Shown here: positions 1 through 12,112 of the stretch, piece by piece | Position numbering within the stretch: the first letter of the stretch is position 1 | Layout of the letters: the number at the start of each line of letters is the position of its first letter | Assembly: GCA_951406725.2 (NCBI GenBank) | Contig: OX597823.1 | Coordinates: 81,840,001 to 81,904,000 of the forward strand | From: Octopus vulgaris | Taxonomy: Eukaryota | Reading direction: 5' to 3' | DNA: 64,000 nucleotides | Position numbers and translations under genes: made by a program | The notes under the pieces: model-generated | Database searches by the model: none | What the model was told of the DNA's origin: nothing | The model's input: only the letters and a program-made list of their open reading frames with translations

Positions 1-274
1 TACTTATTCTATCGGTCTGTTTTACCGAACCGCTAAGTTACGAAGACGTAAACACACCACCATCGGTTGTCAAGCGATTTTAGGGGCCAAACACTGTCAA
101 ATGACTGAAACAAAGTAAAAGAGTGAAGAGAGAGTAAAGATATGACAAACTGAAAGAGAGAACAACATTTTGATTAAGGTTAACCAGAGGAGATCGAGTA
201 GAGTGGTGGCGCTGATGGAGTGGATGTCAAACTTAAATGAAATATGCTGTATTAAAAGGTCACTTTACTGTGAA

Positions 275-343
275 AGCGGTCGTGAACCGAACCAGAGCTG
301 CCTGGAAGACAGCTAACGGATCCTAACCATAAACCACATGGGA
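275..343 (-). pseudogene. Highly decayed tRNA-Glu copy
   Basis: Residual gaaccgaacc...gcctgg...atcctaacca...ccacatggga collinear with the intact genes; paralogues at ~14165-14233 and ~24340-24408. Confidence 0.6.
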
Positions 344-668
344 ACACTGAGTGCTGCATCCAATAGTTATGTCTTTATCAAACGTTTTCTTGATTAAGTG
401 ATAAAAAAAATACGGTATAATACTAAAAAAAAAACTTAATTCGTAATAGGTTATAAAACGGTATAATAATTTTTTAAAAAATTAATTCGTAATTTCTTCA
501 AATAATTCTTTTTCTTTGTGTCACAATCACTGCTAGGATTTTGTTTTCTATGTCCAAGAGGTAGATTTTAATTACTTAAGAAATTTACTTTTATTACGGC
601 ATGAATAAGTTAAATTCACGAATTACTTAAAATAAATTTAACATAATTTATTACAAAAAAAGAATGCG

Positions 669-740
669 TTCCCATGCCAGGAATCGAACCCGGGCCGCCT
701 GGGTGAAAGCCAGGAATCCTAACCACTAGACCACATGGGA
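669..740 (-). tRNA. tRNA-Glu(TTC), one T-stem substitution
   Basis: 72-nt cloverleaf TCCCATG...CATGGGA-A, A box TAGTGGTTAGG, B box GGTTCGATTCC, anticodon arm CCTGG-CTTTCAC-CCAGG, downstream T-run. Confidence 0.93.
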
Positions 741-1357
741 GTGCTCCTTTGTATCTGCATTACATATACCTTTATCATAAGTAAGTCTTTTTTTGTCAAT
801 CGATGTCATTGCTGCTGGCTGCTTTTACGTTATCTTCGTTGATTAAGTGAGACATTTCGCCTCCTCTCTCTCTCACTTCCCCTCTCTCTTGCCAATCCTC
901 TCTCGCCTCACCGCTCTCTCGCCTTCCCTCTCTCTCGCCTTCCCTGTCTCTTGCCTCCCGTCTCCTTCGCCTCCCTTCTCTCTCACCTCCTCTCACTCTC
1001 GTCTCCTCTCTCTCTCTCTCGTTTCCCATCTCTCTCGCTTCACGCCTCTCACGCCTCACGCCTACACGATGAAAATCCTAAGCGACTTTAAACTTATTAA
1101 ATATTCGGATATCTCGATATCCTCCAAAGATTATAAATAAGATCCATGCATCTGGAATTAACCAACACAAACCCAGAATAGAAAAGCAAGTAAAATACAA
1201 AATAAGAAACAAAAATAAATCAAAATAAAATAAAAACAACATAATGTGTCCTCGTGGGTCTTCTTTCAGTTTTCGCCAACCAAATCCACATACATACATA
1301 CATACATACTGGCTGCTCCCTCGTTATCGAGTATGGCCTTTGCACGAAGCTTAACTG

Positions 1358-1801
1358 TTATTGGTGCTGTGATCGAATGTGACTTTTTAGCCCAGCTAAA
1401 GAACTACAATGTCTTGTACAGAATTGGCAGCTAAAACCTTTACCGGTAATAGCCGGCTGTAGTTGTAACTGGGCTTCATGTACCTTCGCATGTCGTTTAA
1501 GTCCACCTGCCAAATTACACTCTCTTCCACATGCCTGACAGATATGATTAGTATGGTGTGTTACACCACCACCAGTGGCCAGGTTGTCACTCATCTGCCT
1601 CGCTTTATGACTACGAAGATGACTCTTGAGTCCAGCTTTACTGAGGCAGGGTCTTGCACAGACACTGCATGTCAGCATCATATGAAGACCCTTCCCATTT
1701 GGAAGTGTACCAGTGATGCCCTTCCTGACATCCCTCCTAACTTTCTCATGCGCAACTCGAGATTTCTCGAAAGTAGCTGTCCCCTCGTGCACAATCCTCA
1801 T
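1358..1801 (-). mobile_element. RTE-LINE-derived C-terminal fragment forming an open 147-aa ORF with three C2H2-type fingers
   Basis: CxxC...HxxxH motifs (CSVC..HLRSH, CQAC..HAKVH, CQFC..HIRSQH); near-identical to the 3' end of the longer LINE at 25477-26703; ATG at 1801 supplied by a deletion junction. Confidence 0.85.
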
Positions 1802-2186
1802 GCCTCCTTGTTCGCTTGACAACCGGTGTTGGTGTGTTTACGTCCCCTAGGTTAGCTATTCGGAATAAGTGATCGATAGAATAAGTACCAGTCTAAAAAA
1901 AAAAAAAGAAAAGAAATTAGTTCTAGGGGCGATTCGTTCGACTAACGTTTTTCAACGTGGATCCCCAGTCTGATCGCATGCTGAAAACTGAAACAAGTAA
2001 AATATAAAGGATAAAACATGATTTAAAAGTCATTTGACCTGCTGGATACCGCACCCAAATTTCTCTCTAATCAAATCCGTTTTAAAAATGAAAGAAATTC
2101 TAAATAATTACTCAAGCTACTTTCAAGAATGAAGGTAAATGTATTTCCTACTGCATCTTTATAATAATACCAATAAAAAGTGAATA

Positions 2187-2258
2187 TTTCCATGCCGGGA
2201 ATCGAACCCGGTCCGCCTGGGTGAAAGCCAGGAATCCTAACCACTAGACCACATGGGA
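2187..2258 (-). tRNA. tRNA-Glu(TTC) variant (acceptor-stem mismatch)
   Basis: 72-nt copy with two substitutions versus consensus. Confidence 0.85.
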
Positions 2259-2789
2259 CTTCTGCATTCATGATTCACCACTGATGTCTTCATCAAAAGT
2301 ATTTCTCTTTCATCAGTAGTTGTCATTGTTGCTAGTACATTATTTTCATTTATGAAGTTAGACATGTAGAATAAAGGGTCTTGCTTAGGAGTGAAAATAA
2401 AATTGTGAAACATAGGTGAAGTCATAAAGTAGAAGTTAATTTTGAGAAATGTATGCACCTAGACCTAACTGGCAAACTCCATTTTGTGAGTTCACATTTG
2501 TCCTTGGGTTTACTTCACTTTCAAAGGGAAAAAAAACCCACTTTACACAACTTTGGGCAGAATTGAGGTTTAAGCGCCCCTATATAAACTCTCAAAAACC
2601 TTTTAATTTAAAAAAAAATTCACAAAACTTTAAAAATTTATGTTCTACACACAAAAATTCATACGATTATGCAAATAAAATTTTAAAAGATTTCAATGTG
2701 CTGAAAACGACAGTTAAATCTCTCTTAAATCACACACCAGGGGGAGGGCATGAATTCGCATAACTCATATCTTTCTAAAAGAAAACACA

Positions 2790-2861
2790 TTCTCATGCCG
2801 GGAATCGAACCCGTGCCGCCTGGGTGAAAGCCAGGAATCCTAACCACTAGACCACATGGGA
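2790..2861 (-). tRNA. tRNA-Glu(TTC) variant (acceptor- and T-stem mismatches)
   Basis: 72-nt copy; CATGAGA 3' acceptor strand. Confidence 0.8.
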
Positions 2862-3348
2862 TTGCTGAATGGCTGGCCTTCTAATATAAATATCTATTTG
2901 GTTTTCTGATCGTTATATCTTTATGAAAAGTGTATCACTTTACCTGCAGTTGTCCTTGCTAGTACATTATCTTCAATTACGAATTCAAACATGTAGAATA
3001 AAAGTGTCTTCTCCAGAAACAAACACGAAAATGTACAACATATATAACGTCATAAGCTATGAGTAAATAATGAGGAGCGAGTCGAGAGATAAATCTGTTT
3101 CGTATCTGACATTTTAATGTGCCTTAAAATAACAATAAACCTTTCTGCTATAGGCACAAAAGCTGAAATTTTTATGGAGGTGACTAGTCGATTACATCGA
3201 CCCCCGAGACGGATAAGAAGTAAAGTCAACCTCAGTGGAATTTGAACCATCCTCCGTGCTGACGATTCTGCTAGCTGAACCACCTTTAAAAATAATCATC
3301 CTTTCTACAATATGAACAAAGCCTGAAATTTTGAGGGATTAAATCGTC

Positions 3349-4015
3349 GGATCTTTTCTGTTTGGATCACACTTTTAAATTCCTTTCATTTTGCTTCAAT
3401 TGATTTCAAATTTGGTGTATTGATGTATTTTTGTATGCTAATTATGTAAATGAAATTCTTTTTCTTCCATGAATTAATTAATGAAAGTTGGCAAATTTTT
3501 GGAAATTTTAGCCAGTCGAAAGCCACAGACATATTGGTACCTGTTTCTGTAATAACAATCCAAGGTATAGTCTACTAACTGAGAAAGAGTGCTACCGGAT
3601 CAGTGGTTTTCGGAGGAGTGTGTCGCAAGACCAGACATGTCTTTCTTTATGCGGTGCCATGTCGGATCGTGATACACTGGAGGAATGCATACATCAGTCG
3701 ATTCTTCCAGGAATTACAATTTTCAGTGACTTGTGGGGGGCAAGGAGAGTTATAACTTTCGACATAGAACAGTGGATCATGGCTCTTAGTTTATTAACTC
3801 GAAAGATGGTTCTCACACGCAACAAGTAGAAAGCTCATGGTTCTCTGTAAAACGAAATAACAAACGATGCTGAGGCAGCCACTGTTCTATGGTTGACTCG
3901 TATCTCTGCGAGTTTATGTGACACATGAGGTACGAACATTGTAATTTGTTTGACAAACTCCTAGAGTGCATCGCAGACTTCCGTTTTTGAATTTTCGCTA
4001 CAAAAGATGTATTAA
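3349..4015 (+). mobile_element. Merlin (IS1016/ISXO2-like) DNA transposon remnant
   Basis: GGATCTTTTCTGTTTG terminus, then frameshifted QWxFGGVxR...TLEECI...ILPGITIFSDxW...HRTVDH...HTQxVESxW...YLCEFM; paralogues start at 9526, 13121, 17091, 23296, 29135. Confidence 0.75.
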
Positions 4016-4084
4016 TTATCACTCTTTTACTTGTTTCAGTCATTTCCGCCAACCAAATCCACGTACATACATACATACATACAT

Positions 4085-4362
4085 AGGTGTAAAAATCCAG
4101 GAATTGGTATCCAAAAATCATGATTCGTCTACCTCTCAACTTCTGTTCTTTCAACACGTGATCTCTTGAGCACCACCAGCAAAAATATTTTTTTCCTCTG
4201 TCTTCCCTTCTTGGGATCTTTCCTTCTCCTTGTTTCCGACGAAAGCTCCGCTCGAAACGTTAAACCCTCCTTCCCTTCTTTCCTGAGCGTCAAATAATAC
4301 TTTAATTGTTCCACGTCCTCGCGTTGCTGTGTTTTTTTCTGTGTTTTCTTGTTTGGATTAAC

Positions 4363-4365
<3 letters not shown>
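4085..4365 (+). mobile_element. Penelope-like element 3' end with degenerate minimal hammerhead motif
   Basis: tgtttCCGACGAaagctccgctcGAAACGTTAaac at 4231-4265, flanked by (TACA)n; paralogue ~17876-18155. Confidence 0.5.
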
Positions 4366-4394
<29 letters not shown>

Positions 4395-4461
4395 CATACA
4401 TACACACACACATACATACATACATACTTACATACATACATATACACATACATACATACAT

Positions 4462-4492
<31 letters not shown>

Positions 4493-4600
4493 TACATACA
4501 TACATACATACATACATACATACATACATACATACATACATACATACATACATACATACATACGTTCGCACATACATGCATAAAAACATACATACATACT
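4366..4600. repeat. (TACA)n microsatellite
   Basis: Direct inspection; similar tracts at 4768-4820, 5288-5490, 17806-17875, 18156-18370, 18890-18980, 19080-19260, 25394-25476, 26704-26780, 46180-46253. Confidence 0.97.
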
Positions 4601-4819
4601 GTCTTTTTTTTTTTTCATCCTGAAAATACATACATATATTCTCAAGTTCCAAATATGAATTTGTCTGTGTTAATTACATCCCAAAGATTGAGCCTTGTAT
4701 CTTTGTAAGAAACCGACTCCCTCTTCAGAGGAAGGTTTATAATAATTAAAAAATAGAAGAGACAAACGTACATACATACATACATACATACATACATACA
4801 TACATACATACATACATAC

Positions 4820-5290
4820 AAAAAAGAGAATAGCTACACTGAACTATTGAGAAACCTGCAGTTACTCTGTCCAGATTACAAGCTCAGGTTTATACCTGTA
4901 ATCATTGGGACCCTGGGATATGTAACACACTGGCTAAATACCAATCTGGAGAAATTAGGCATCTCAAAACGACAAAGGAGAAAGCTAATTCGAAGACTAC
5001 AGAGCTAATTCATCACTGGAACTGTAAAGATTTGTAAAACTTTCCAGAAGTTTATCATTTAAATATTTATGAGCATGTCTAGATTTGCAACTATATGCAT
5101 AAGAAAACATACAAAGATCAAAACATACAAATCTGCACATATACATACATACATACTACATACATACAAACAAACAAAAATACCCTGTTGTTGATGTTGA
5201 AATTTCAATGAAGGAACCTTAGATCTAGGTAAGAAACCGGCCCTTTCTCTATTGGCAAGAAATGTTGGAATAAAACTGAACAATAGCATA
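4820..5290 (+). mobile_element. 3' end of an R4/Dong-like (restriction-like endonuclease) non-LTR retrotransposon
   Basis: Translates KENSYTELLRNLQLLCPDYKLRFIPVIIGTLGYV...LEKLG...ITGTVKICKTFQKFII*, resembling the RLE C-terminus (IPVIIGALG), then a 3' UTR ending in (CATA)n; paralogues ~18568-19080 and ~26968-27300. Confidence 0.65.
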
Positions 5291-5666
5291 CATATGCACA
5301 TACATACATGCCTCCATACATACAAACATACATACATACATACATACATACACACAAACACATAGACACATACATACGTACATACATACATACATACATA
5401 CATACATACACACACACATCCACACATACATACATACATACATACATACATACATACATTATATACATACATACATACATACATGCATACGAGTGGCGTG
5501 CGGTGACTTCCGGGGCTGGACATGCAATGAATTTCTTTGCCCCCCCCCCCACACCGGGCAATTTTTCAGGAAAAAAAATTTTCGAATTCCTACGATTTAC
5601 ATATGGGAGATTGTGAATATGCAATCAACCCCGTATGACCTAGAATAAAAAAAAAAACGTCGCCCT

Positions 5667-5896
5667 GGTACTATTTAAGAAGAGTGGTCCCGTTGCGCGC
5701 GCTGGCTAGTCGTGACTAGTCGATTCTACGACTATCTAGCAAAGTAAATAAATTTTTTAAACAAAATATATAAAACACAAAGTAAATAATGTTTTAAACA
5801 AAGTAAATAAAACACAAAGTAAGGATCGACTAGTCACGACTTTCTGGCGTGGATGCTCGGGTGCGCATACCGGGACCACTCTTCTTAAATAGTACC
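5667..5896. mobile_element. MITE with GGTACTATTTAAGAAGAGTGGTCCCG TIRs nested in hAT
   Basis: 26-bp perfect TIRs plus longer imperfect symmetry; copies at 19439-19668 and 42913-43215. Confidence 0.85.
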
Positions 5897-6109
5897 CATG
5901 ATTTTTAAATTGTTTGCAATACTCATCAAATTTGTTGAAATTCGAAAGTTCCATGAATTTAAACTCTTCTAAGGATGAATATCGTGCTTTTATTTGGTCA
6001 ACTATTGTACTGATAATTTTGTTATAAAGCATTTTATGTCGTTGGGGCTCAATAGATATATTCTTAGATCTCTGAATTCCGATTCCTGCATCGACTCCAT
6101 ATTTTTCCC

Positions 6110-6434
6110 CCCGGGTTCAGTTCCACTGCGTGGCACCTTGGGCAAGGGTCTTCTACTATAGTCTCGGGCCGACCAAAGCCTTGTGAGTGGATTTGGTAGA
6201 CGGAAACTGAAAGAAGCCCGTGGTATATATGTATATATATATGCGTGTGTGTGTTTGTGCGTCTGTGTTTGTCCCCCTAGCATTGCTTGGCAACCGATGC
6301 TGGTGTGTTTATGTCCCCGTTACTTAGCGGTTCGGCAAAATAGACCGATAGAATAAGTCCCGGGGTCGAGTTGCTCGATTAAAGGCGGTGCTCGAGCATG
6401 GCCGCAGTCAAATGACTGAAACAAGTAAAAGAGA
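6110..6434 (+). mobile_element. 5'-truncated tRNA-derived SINE (family A)
   Basis: B-box-like GGGTTCAGTTCC, ccttgggcaag core, internal (TA)/(TG) tract, aaatgactgaaacaagtaaaaga tail; paralogue ~19880-20204. Confidence 0.8.
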
Positions 6435-8411
6435 TTGAAAAATTATCAAGTTTGTTTTCGAGTACAGTTCTAGTTTTATCTATTTGATCTTTACAATACA
6501 CTATGTCATGACTTTTACTCTGGAGGATGTTAAATATGAAAAAAGAAAAAATCTCACTGAATACTTCTAACAAAAATAAGAAATCAGGAGCTTTTAAAGT
6601 TTGTAAGAATCCAATTGCTGAATTTATGGTGGTATCATCCCATGCTTCAGGATTTTCAATGATGTGCTCAAAAAGGCTGATTATGAAATGATAATTTTCC
6701 TTTGTGGTAATAATAAGCCGTGAGGCTGTTGCCTTCGGAAATCTTTTTTTTAACAATGTTATCTAATGCATTAGCCCTTTTCGGTGTTGGTCTCCCACCG
6801 ATATAATTAATTATTTTCCATCGAATTCTCCTTTCGAAAAACTATTTCTCAAAATATCGTTTATAACACACATTTCACTCATTTCGTAAAAGGCTGTTCT
6901 TATATACGAACACACGTGGAAGCGCCGGCGTAAATTGTAAGTCAATTTCAACAAAACAGAAAGATACAGAAAGTGGGTATCATGCGGTCAGCTCATAGCA
7001 TGACATGCCACTGAGAGAAAGGGGAAGGGGGTACAAAATATTATGAACGACCTTTCCTCCTAGCATCTGTTTTATCAATTCACTAAGAGAGAAAGAGGAA
7101 GGAGGGACAAACTAAGAGACAGTGAGGGAGGTCATGCGGGTCTTCCCCCAGCATAGCCACTAAGAGAAAGAGGAAGGGGGTACAAATATTTCAAATGCCT
7201 TATCCCCTTAGCATGTCTTTTAAACAAGTTGCTAAGAGTGAGAGAGAGAGGAAGGAAGGACAAACTGAGACAGAGAGGGAGTGTCTAACTTGCTGGTCTT
7301 GTCAATGCATGACTTCTAAAAGCAGAAGTAGAGTCACTGAGAGAGAAGGGGAGAAAAATACAACTGGACGGATTTTCTTTGAAACAAAGTAACTATTTTA
7401 TCTAATTTTCCGATCATATGGATAAAAAAATCACAGGGCATGCAACGCATACCTTGCATACCTGAGAGTGCACGCCCCTGGCATACGTACATACATAGGA
7501 TCTTCTCTGTCGGGCTGCATTTTCTGAAATTTTAAAACTAATTGAAAATTTTCAAATTTGGAATATTGATGAAATTTTCCACGCTGACTCTCAGGGACAA
7601 ATTCAATTTTTCCAGAAATTAAAAAAAAAAGAGTTACAGAGGTTTAAAGTTTGATAATTTTTACCCAATCAGAAAACAGGATATGGAAGATGTCATTTTG
7701 TGCGTGACTGCACATGTCAACATTACGGCAATAGCACGTGTTTTGATATCAAACTGTCAACGGCTGAAATATTAGTGGGATTCTGGTTTACGCACTCCAT
7801 ATAACTTCTCATGTTTTTTATTTTTTGAAATTTTCAGAAAATTTTTGCATATTTCTATTCTACACACGGAAATTCATACGATTATGCATCCACCACACAA
7901 AAAAAAAAATTGGTGCGTGATTTAAGGCCTACTTGCCTGTTATTTTTAGCACATCTCACGACCACCTCATACCTCCTTGTTTGTGTGTGTCTTTTGTTTC
8001 CCCACCACCACTTGACAACCGGCGTTTGTGTGTTTACGTCCCCTAGGTTAGCTATTTGGAATAAATGATCAACAGAATAAGTACCAGGCTAAAACAAAAA
8101 AGAAATTAGTGCTAGAGGCGATTCGTTCGACTAATGTTCTTCAACGTGGGGCCCCAGCCTGACCGCATGTTGATAACTGAAACAAGCAAAATATAAAGGA
8201 TAAAAAATTTTTTAAAAAGTCACTTGACCTGCTGGATACCGCACCCTAATTTCCCTCTAATCAAATCCGTTTTTAAAAAAACGAAAGAAATTCTAAATAA
8301 ATTTGAAAAATTACTCCTTAATTTCATGAATTTCGATAAGCTACTTTCAAGAATGAATGTAAATGTATTTCCTACAGCATCTTTATAATAATAAAAAAAA
8401 TGAAGTAAACG

Positions 8412-8483
8412 TTCCCATGCCGGGAATCGAACCCGGGCCGCCTGGGTGAAAGCCAGGAATCCTAACCACTAGACCACATGGGA
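8412..8483 (-). tRNA. tRNA-Glu(TTC), consensus
   Basis: Identical to 72-nt consensus; downstream T-run. Confidence 0.96.
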
Positions 8484-8948
8484 CTTCTGCATTCGTGGTT
8501 CACAACTGATGACTTCATCAAAAGTATTTCTCTTTCATCAGCAGTTGCCATTGTTGTTAGTTGCTGGTACGTTATTTTTATTTATGAAGTTAGACATGTA
8601 GAATAAAGGGTCTTGCTTAGGAGTGAAAATAAAATTGTGAAACAGAGGTAAAATCACATTTGTCCTTGGGTTTACTTCACTTTCAAAGGAAAAGAAAAAC
8701 CACTTTACTCGCCACAACTTTGGGCAGAATAGAGGTTTAAGCACCCCCCCATAAACCTTTTAATTTAAAAAAAAATTAACAAAACTTTAAAAATTTGTGT
8801 TCTACACACGTAAATTCATCCGATTATGCAAATACAATTTTTAAAAATATCTACATGCTAAAAACGACAGTTAAATCTCTCTTAAATCACACACCAGGGA
8901 GGGCATGAATTCGCATAAATAACTCATGTCTTTCTAAAAAAAAACACA

Positions 8949-9020
8949 TTCCCATGCCGGGAATCGAACCCGGGCCGCCTGGGTGAAAGCCAGGAATCCT
9001 AACCACTAGACCACATGGGA
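8949..9020 (-). tRNA. tRNA-Glu(TTC), consensus
   Basis: Identical to 72-nt consensus; downstream T-run. Confidence 0.96.
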
Positions 9021-10613
9021 TTGCTGAATGGCTGACCTTCTAATATAGATATCTATTTGGTTTTCTGATCGTTATATCTTTATGAAAAGTGTATCACTTT
9101 ATCTGCAGTCGTCCTTGCTAGTACATTATCTTCAATTACGAATTCAAACATGTAGAATAAAAGTGTCTTCTCCAGAAACAAACACGAAAATGTACAACAT
9201 ATATAACGTCATAAACTATGAATAAATAATGAGGAGTGAATCTATCAAATTGTCTGAGATTATGCATTCATCTGTTTCGTATCTGACATTTTAATGTGCC
9301 TTAAAATAACAATAATCCTTTCTACTATAGGCACAAAAGCTGAAATTTTTATGGAGGTGACTTGTCGATTACATCGACCCCCGAGACAGATAAGAAGTAA
9401 AGTCAACCTCAGTGGAATTTGAACCATCCTCCGTGCTGACGATTCTGCTAGCTGAACCACCTTTAAAAATAATCATCCTTTCTACAATATGAACAAAGCC
9501 TGAAATTTTGAGGGATTAAATCGTCGGATCTTTTCTGTTTGGATCACACTTTTAAATTCCTTTAATTTTACTTCAATTGATTTCAAATTTGGTGTATTGA
9601 TGTAGTTTTGTATGCTAATTATGTAAATGAAATTCTTTTTCTTCCATGAATTAATAAATGAAAGTTGGCAAATTTTTGGAAAATTTAGCCAGTCGAAAGC
9701 CACAGACATATTGGTACCTGTTTCTGTAATAACAATCCAAAGTATAGTCTACTAACTGAGAGAGAGTGCTACCTGATCAGTGGATGTTCGGAGGAGTGTG
9801 TCGCAAGACCAGACATGTTTTTCTTTATGCGGTGCCATGTCGGATCGTGATACACTGGAGGAATGCATACATCAGTCGATTCTTCCAGGAATTACAATTT
9901 TCAGTGACTTGTGGGGGCCAAGGAGAGTTATAACTTTCGACATAGAACAGTGGATCACGGCTCTTAGTTTATTAACTCGAAAGATGGTTCTCACACGAAA
10001 CATGTAGAAAGCTCATGGTTCTCTGTAAAACGAAATAACAAACGATGCTGAGGCAGCCACCGTTCTATGGTTGACTCGTATCTCTGCGAGTTTATGTGAC
10101 ACATGAGGTACGAACATTGTAATTTGTTTGACAAACCCCTAGAGTGCGTCGCAGACTTCCGTTTTTGAATTTTCGCTACAAAAGATGTATTAATTATCAC
10201 TCTTTTACTTGTTTCAGTCATTTAGCTGTGGCCATGCTGGAGCACCGCCTATAGTCGAGTAAATCGACCCCAGGACTTATTCTTTGTAAGCCTAGTACTT
10301 ATTCTATCAGCTTATTATTTCAGCTTTTGTGCCTATAGCAGAAAGGTTTATTGTTATTTTAAGGCACATTAAAATGTCAGATAATTTACTCGACTCGCTC
10401 CTCATTATTTACTCATAGCTTATGACGTTATATATGTTGTACATTTTCGTGTTTGTTTCTGGAGAAGACACTTTTATTCTACATGTTTGAATTCGTAATT
10501 GAAGATAATGTACTAGCAAGGACAACTGCAGGTAAAGTGATACACTTTTCATAAAGATATAACGATCAGAAAACCAAATAGATATTTATATTAGAAGGCC
10601 AGCCATTCAGCAA

Positions 10614-10685
10614 TCCCATGTGGTCTAGTGGTTAGGATTCCTGGCTTTCACCCAGGCGGCCCGGGTTCGATTCCCGGTATGAGAA
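10614..10685 (+). tRNA. tRNA-Glu(TTC) variant (3' acceptor strand TATGAGA)
   Basis: 72-nt copy in the inverted segment. Confidence 0.82.
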
Positions 10686-11213
10686 TGTGTTTTGTTTTAG
10701 AAAGATATGAGTTATGCGAATTCATGCCCTCCCCGGTGTGTGATTTAAGAGAGATTTAACTGTCGTTTTCAGCACATTGAAATCTTTTAAAATTTTATTT
10801 GCATAATCGTATGAATATTTGTGTGTAGAACACAAATTTTAAAAGTTTTGTGAATTTTTTTTAAATTAAAAGGTTTTTGAGAGTTTATATAGGGGCGCTT
10901 AAACCTCAATTCTGCCCAAAGTTGTGTAAAGTGGGTTTTTTTTCCCTTTGAAAGTGAAGTAAACCCAAGGACAAATGTGAACTCACAAAATGGAGTTTGC
11001 CAGTTAGGTCTAGGTGCATACATTTTTCAAAATTAACTCCTACTTTATGACTTCACCTATGTTTCACAATTTTATTTTCACTCCTAAGCAAGACCCTTTA
11101 TTCTACATGTCTAACTTCATAAATGAAAATAATGTACTAGCAACAATGACAACTACTGATGAAAGAGAAATACTTTTGATGAAGACATCAGTGGTGAATC
11201 ATGAATGCAGAAG

Positions 11214-11285
11214 TCCCATGTGGTCTAGTGGTTAGGATTCCTGGCTTTCACCCAGGCGGCCCGGGTTCGATTCCCGGCATGGGAA
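11214..11285 (+). tRNA. tRNA-Glu(TTC), consensus
   Basis: TCCCATGTGGTCTAGTGGTTAGGATTCCTGGCTTTCACCCAGGCGGCCCGGGTTCGATTCCCGGCATGGGAA followed by a T5 run. Confidence 0.96.
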
Positions 11286-11668
11286 TATTCACTTTTTATT
11301 GGTATTATTATAAAGATGCAGTAGGAAATACATTTACCTTCATTCTTGAAAGTAGCTTGAGTAATTATTTAGAATTTCTTTCATTTTTAAAACGGATTTG
11401 ATTAGAGAGAAATTTGGGTGCGGTATCCAGCAGGTCAAATGACTTTTAAATCATGTTTTATCCTTTATATTTTACTTGTTTCAGTTTTCAGCATGCGATC
11501 AGACTGGGGATCCACGTTGAAAAACGTTAGTCGAACGAATCGCCCCTAGAACTAATTTCTTTTCTTTTTTTTTTTAGACTGGTACTTATTCTATCGATCA
11601 CTTATTCCGAATAGCTAACCTAGGGGACGTAAACACACCAACACAGGTTGTCAAGCGAACAAGGAGGC

Positions 11669-12112
11669 ATGAGGATTGTGCACGAGGGGACAGCTACTTT
11701 CGAGAAATCTCGAGTTGCGCATGAGAAAGTTAGGAGGGATGTCAGGAAGGGCATCACTGGTACACTTCCAAATGGGAAGGGTCTTCATATGATGCTGACA
11801 TGCAGTGTCTGTGCAAGACCCTGCCTCAGTAAAGCTGGACTCAAGAGTCATCTTCGTAGTTATAAAGCGAGGCAGATGAGTGACAACCTGGCCACTGGTG
11901 GTGGTGTAACACACCATACTAATCATATCTGTCAGGCATGTGGAAGAGAGTGTAATTCGGCAGGTGGACTTAAACGACATGCGAAGGTACATGAAGCCCA
12001 GTTACAACTACAGCCGGCTATTACCGGTAAAGGTTTTAGCTGCCAATTCTGTACAAGACATTGTAGTTCTTTAGCTGGGCTAAAAAGTCACATTCGATCA
12101 CAGCACCAATAA
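11669..12112 (+). mobile_element. RTE-derived triple C2H2 ORF, inverted copy
   Basis: Open 147-aa frame from ATG 11669; finger 1 second His changed to Tyr. Confidence 0.85.

Larger units (their letters stand above)
5492..7480 (-). mobile_element. Internally deleted hAT transposon (ZMYM1-like transposase remnants)
   Basis: Imperfect TIRs AGTGGCGTGC / GCACGCCCCTG, GCATACG on both flanks, transposase-like peptides (FLFLLEVFSEIF...FNILQSKSHDI; IISTIVDQIKARYS) and an N-terminal ...NSFSKGEF...RPTP remnant. Confidence 0.75.

Noticed and set aside
275-343. Possible tRNA-Asp(GTC) from the CTGTC loop
   Set aside because: The 5' end is Glu-type (TCCCATGTG) and the stems do not pair; it is a decayed Glu copy
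796-1140. Arg/Glu-rich and Ser/Leu-rich ORFs (also 14.6 and 24.9 kb)
   Set aside because: CT-rich low-complexity tract that varies by indels between paralogues
2071-2271. Recurrent small ORFs with VPCGLVVRIPGFHPGGPGSIPG
   Set aside because: This is the tRNA-Glu gene read as codons
4129-5624. ORFs of MYVC/HTYI repeats (also 17.5-19.4 kb, 25.2 kb, 45.5-46.3 kb) and the poly-Leu ORF at 62.5 kb
   Set aside because: Translations of (TACA)n, (TA)n and (AAT)n microsatellites that lack stop codons
5757-6756. Host ZMYM1-like gene exons
   Set aside because: Fragments lie within hAT TIRs, are internally deleted and are interrupted by a SINE and a MITE
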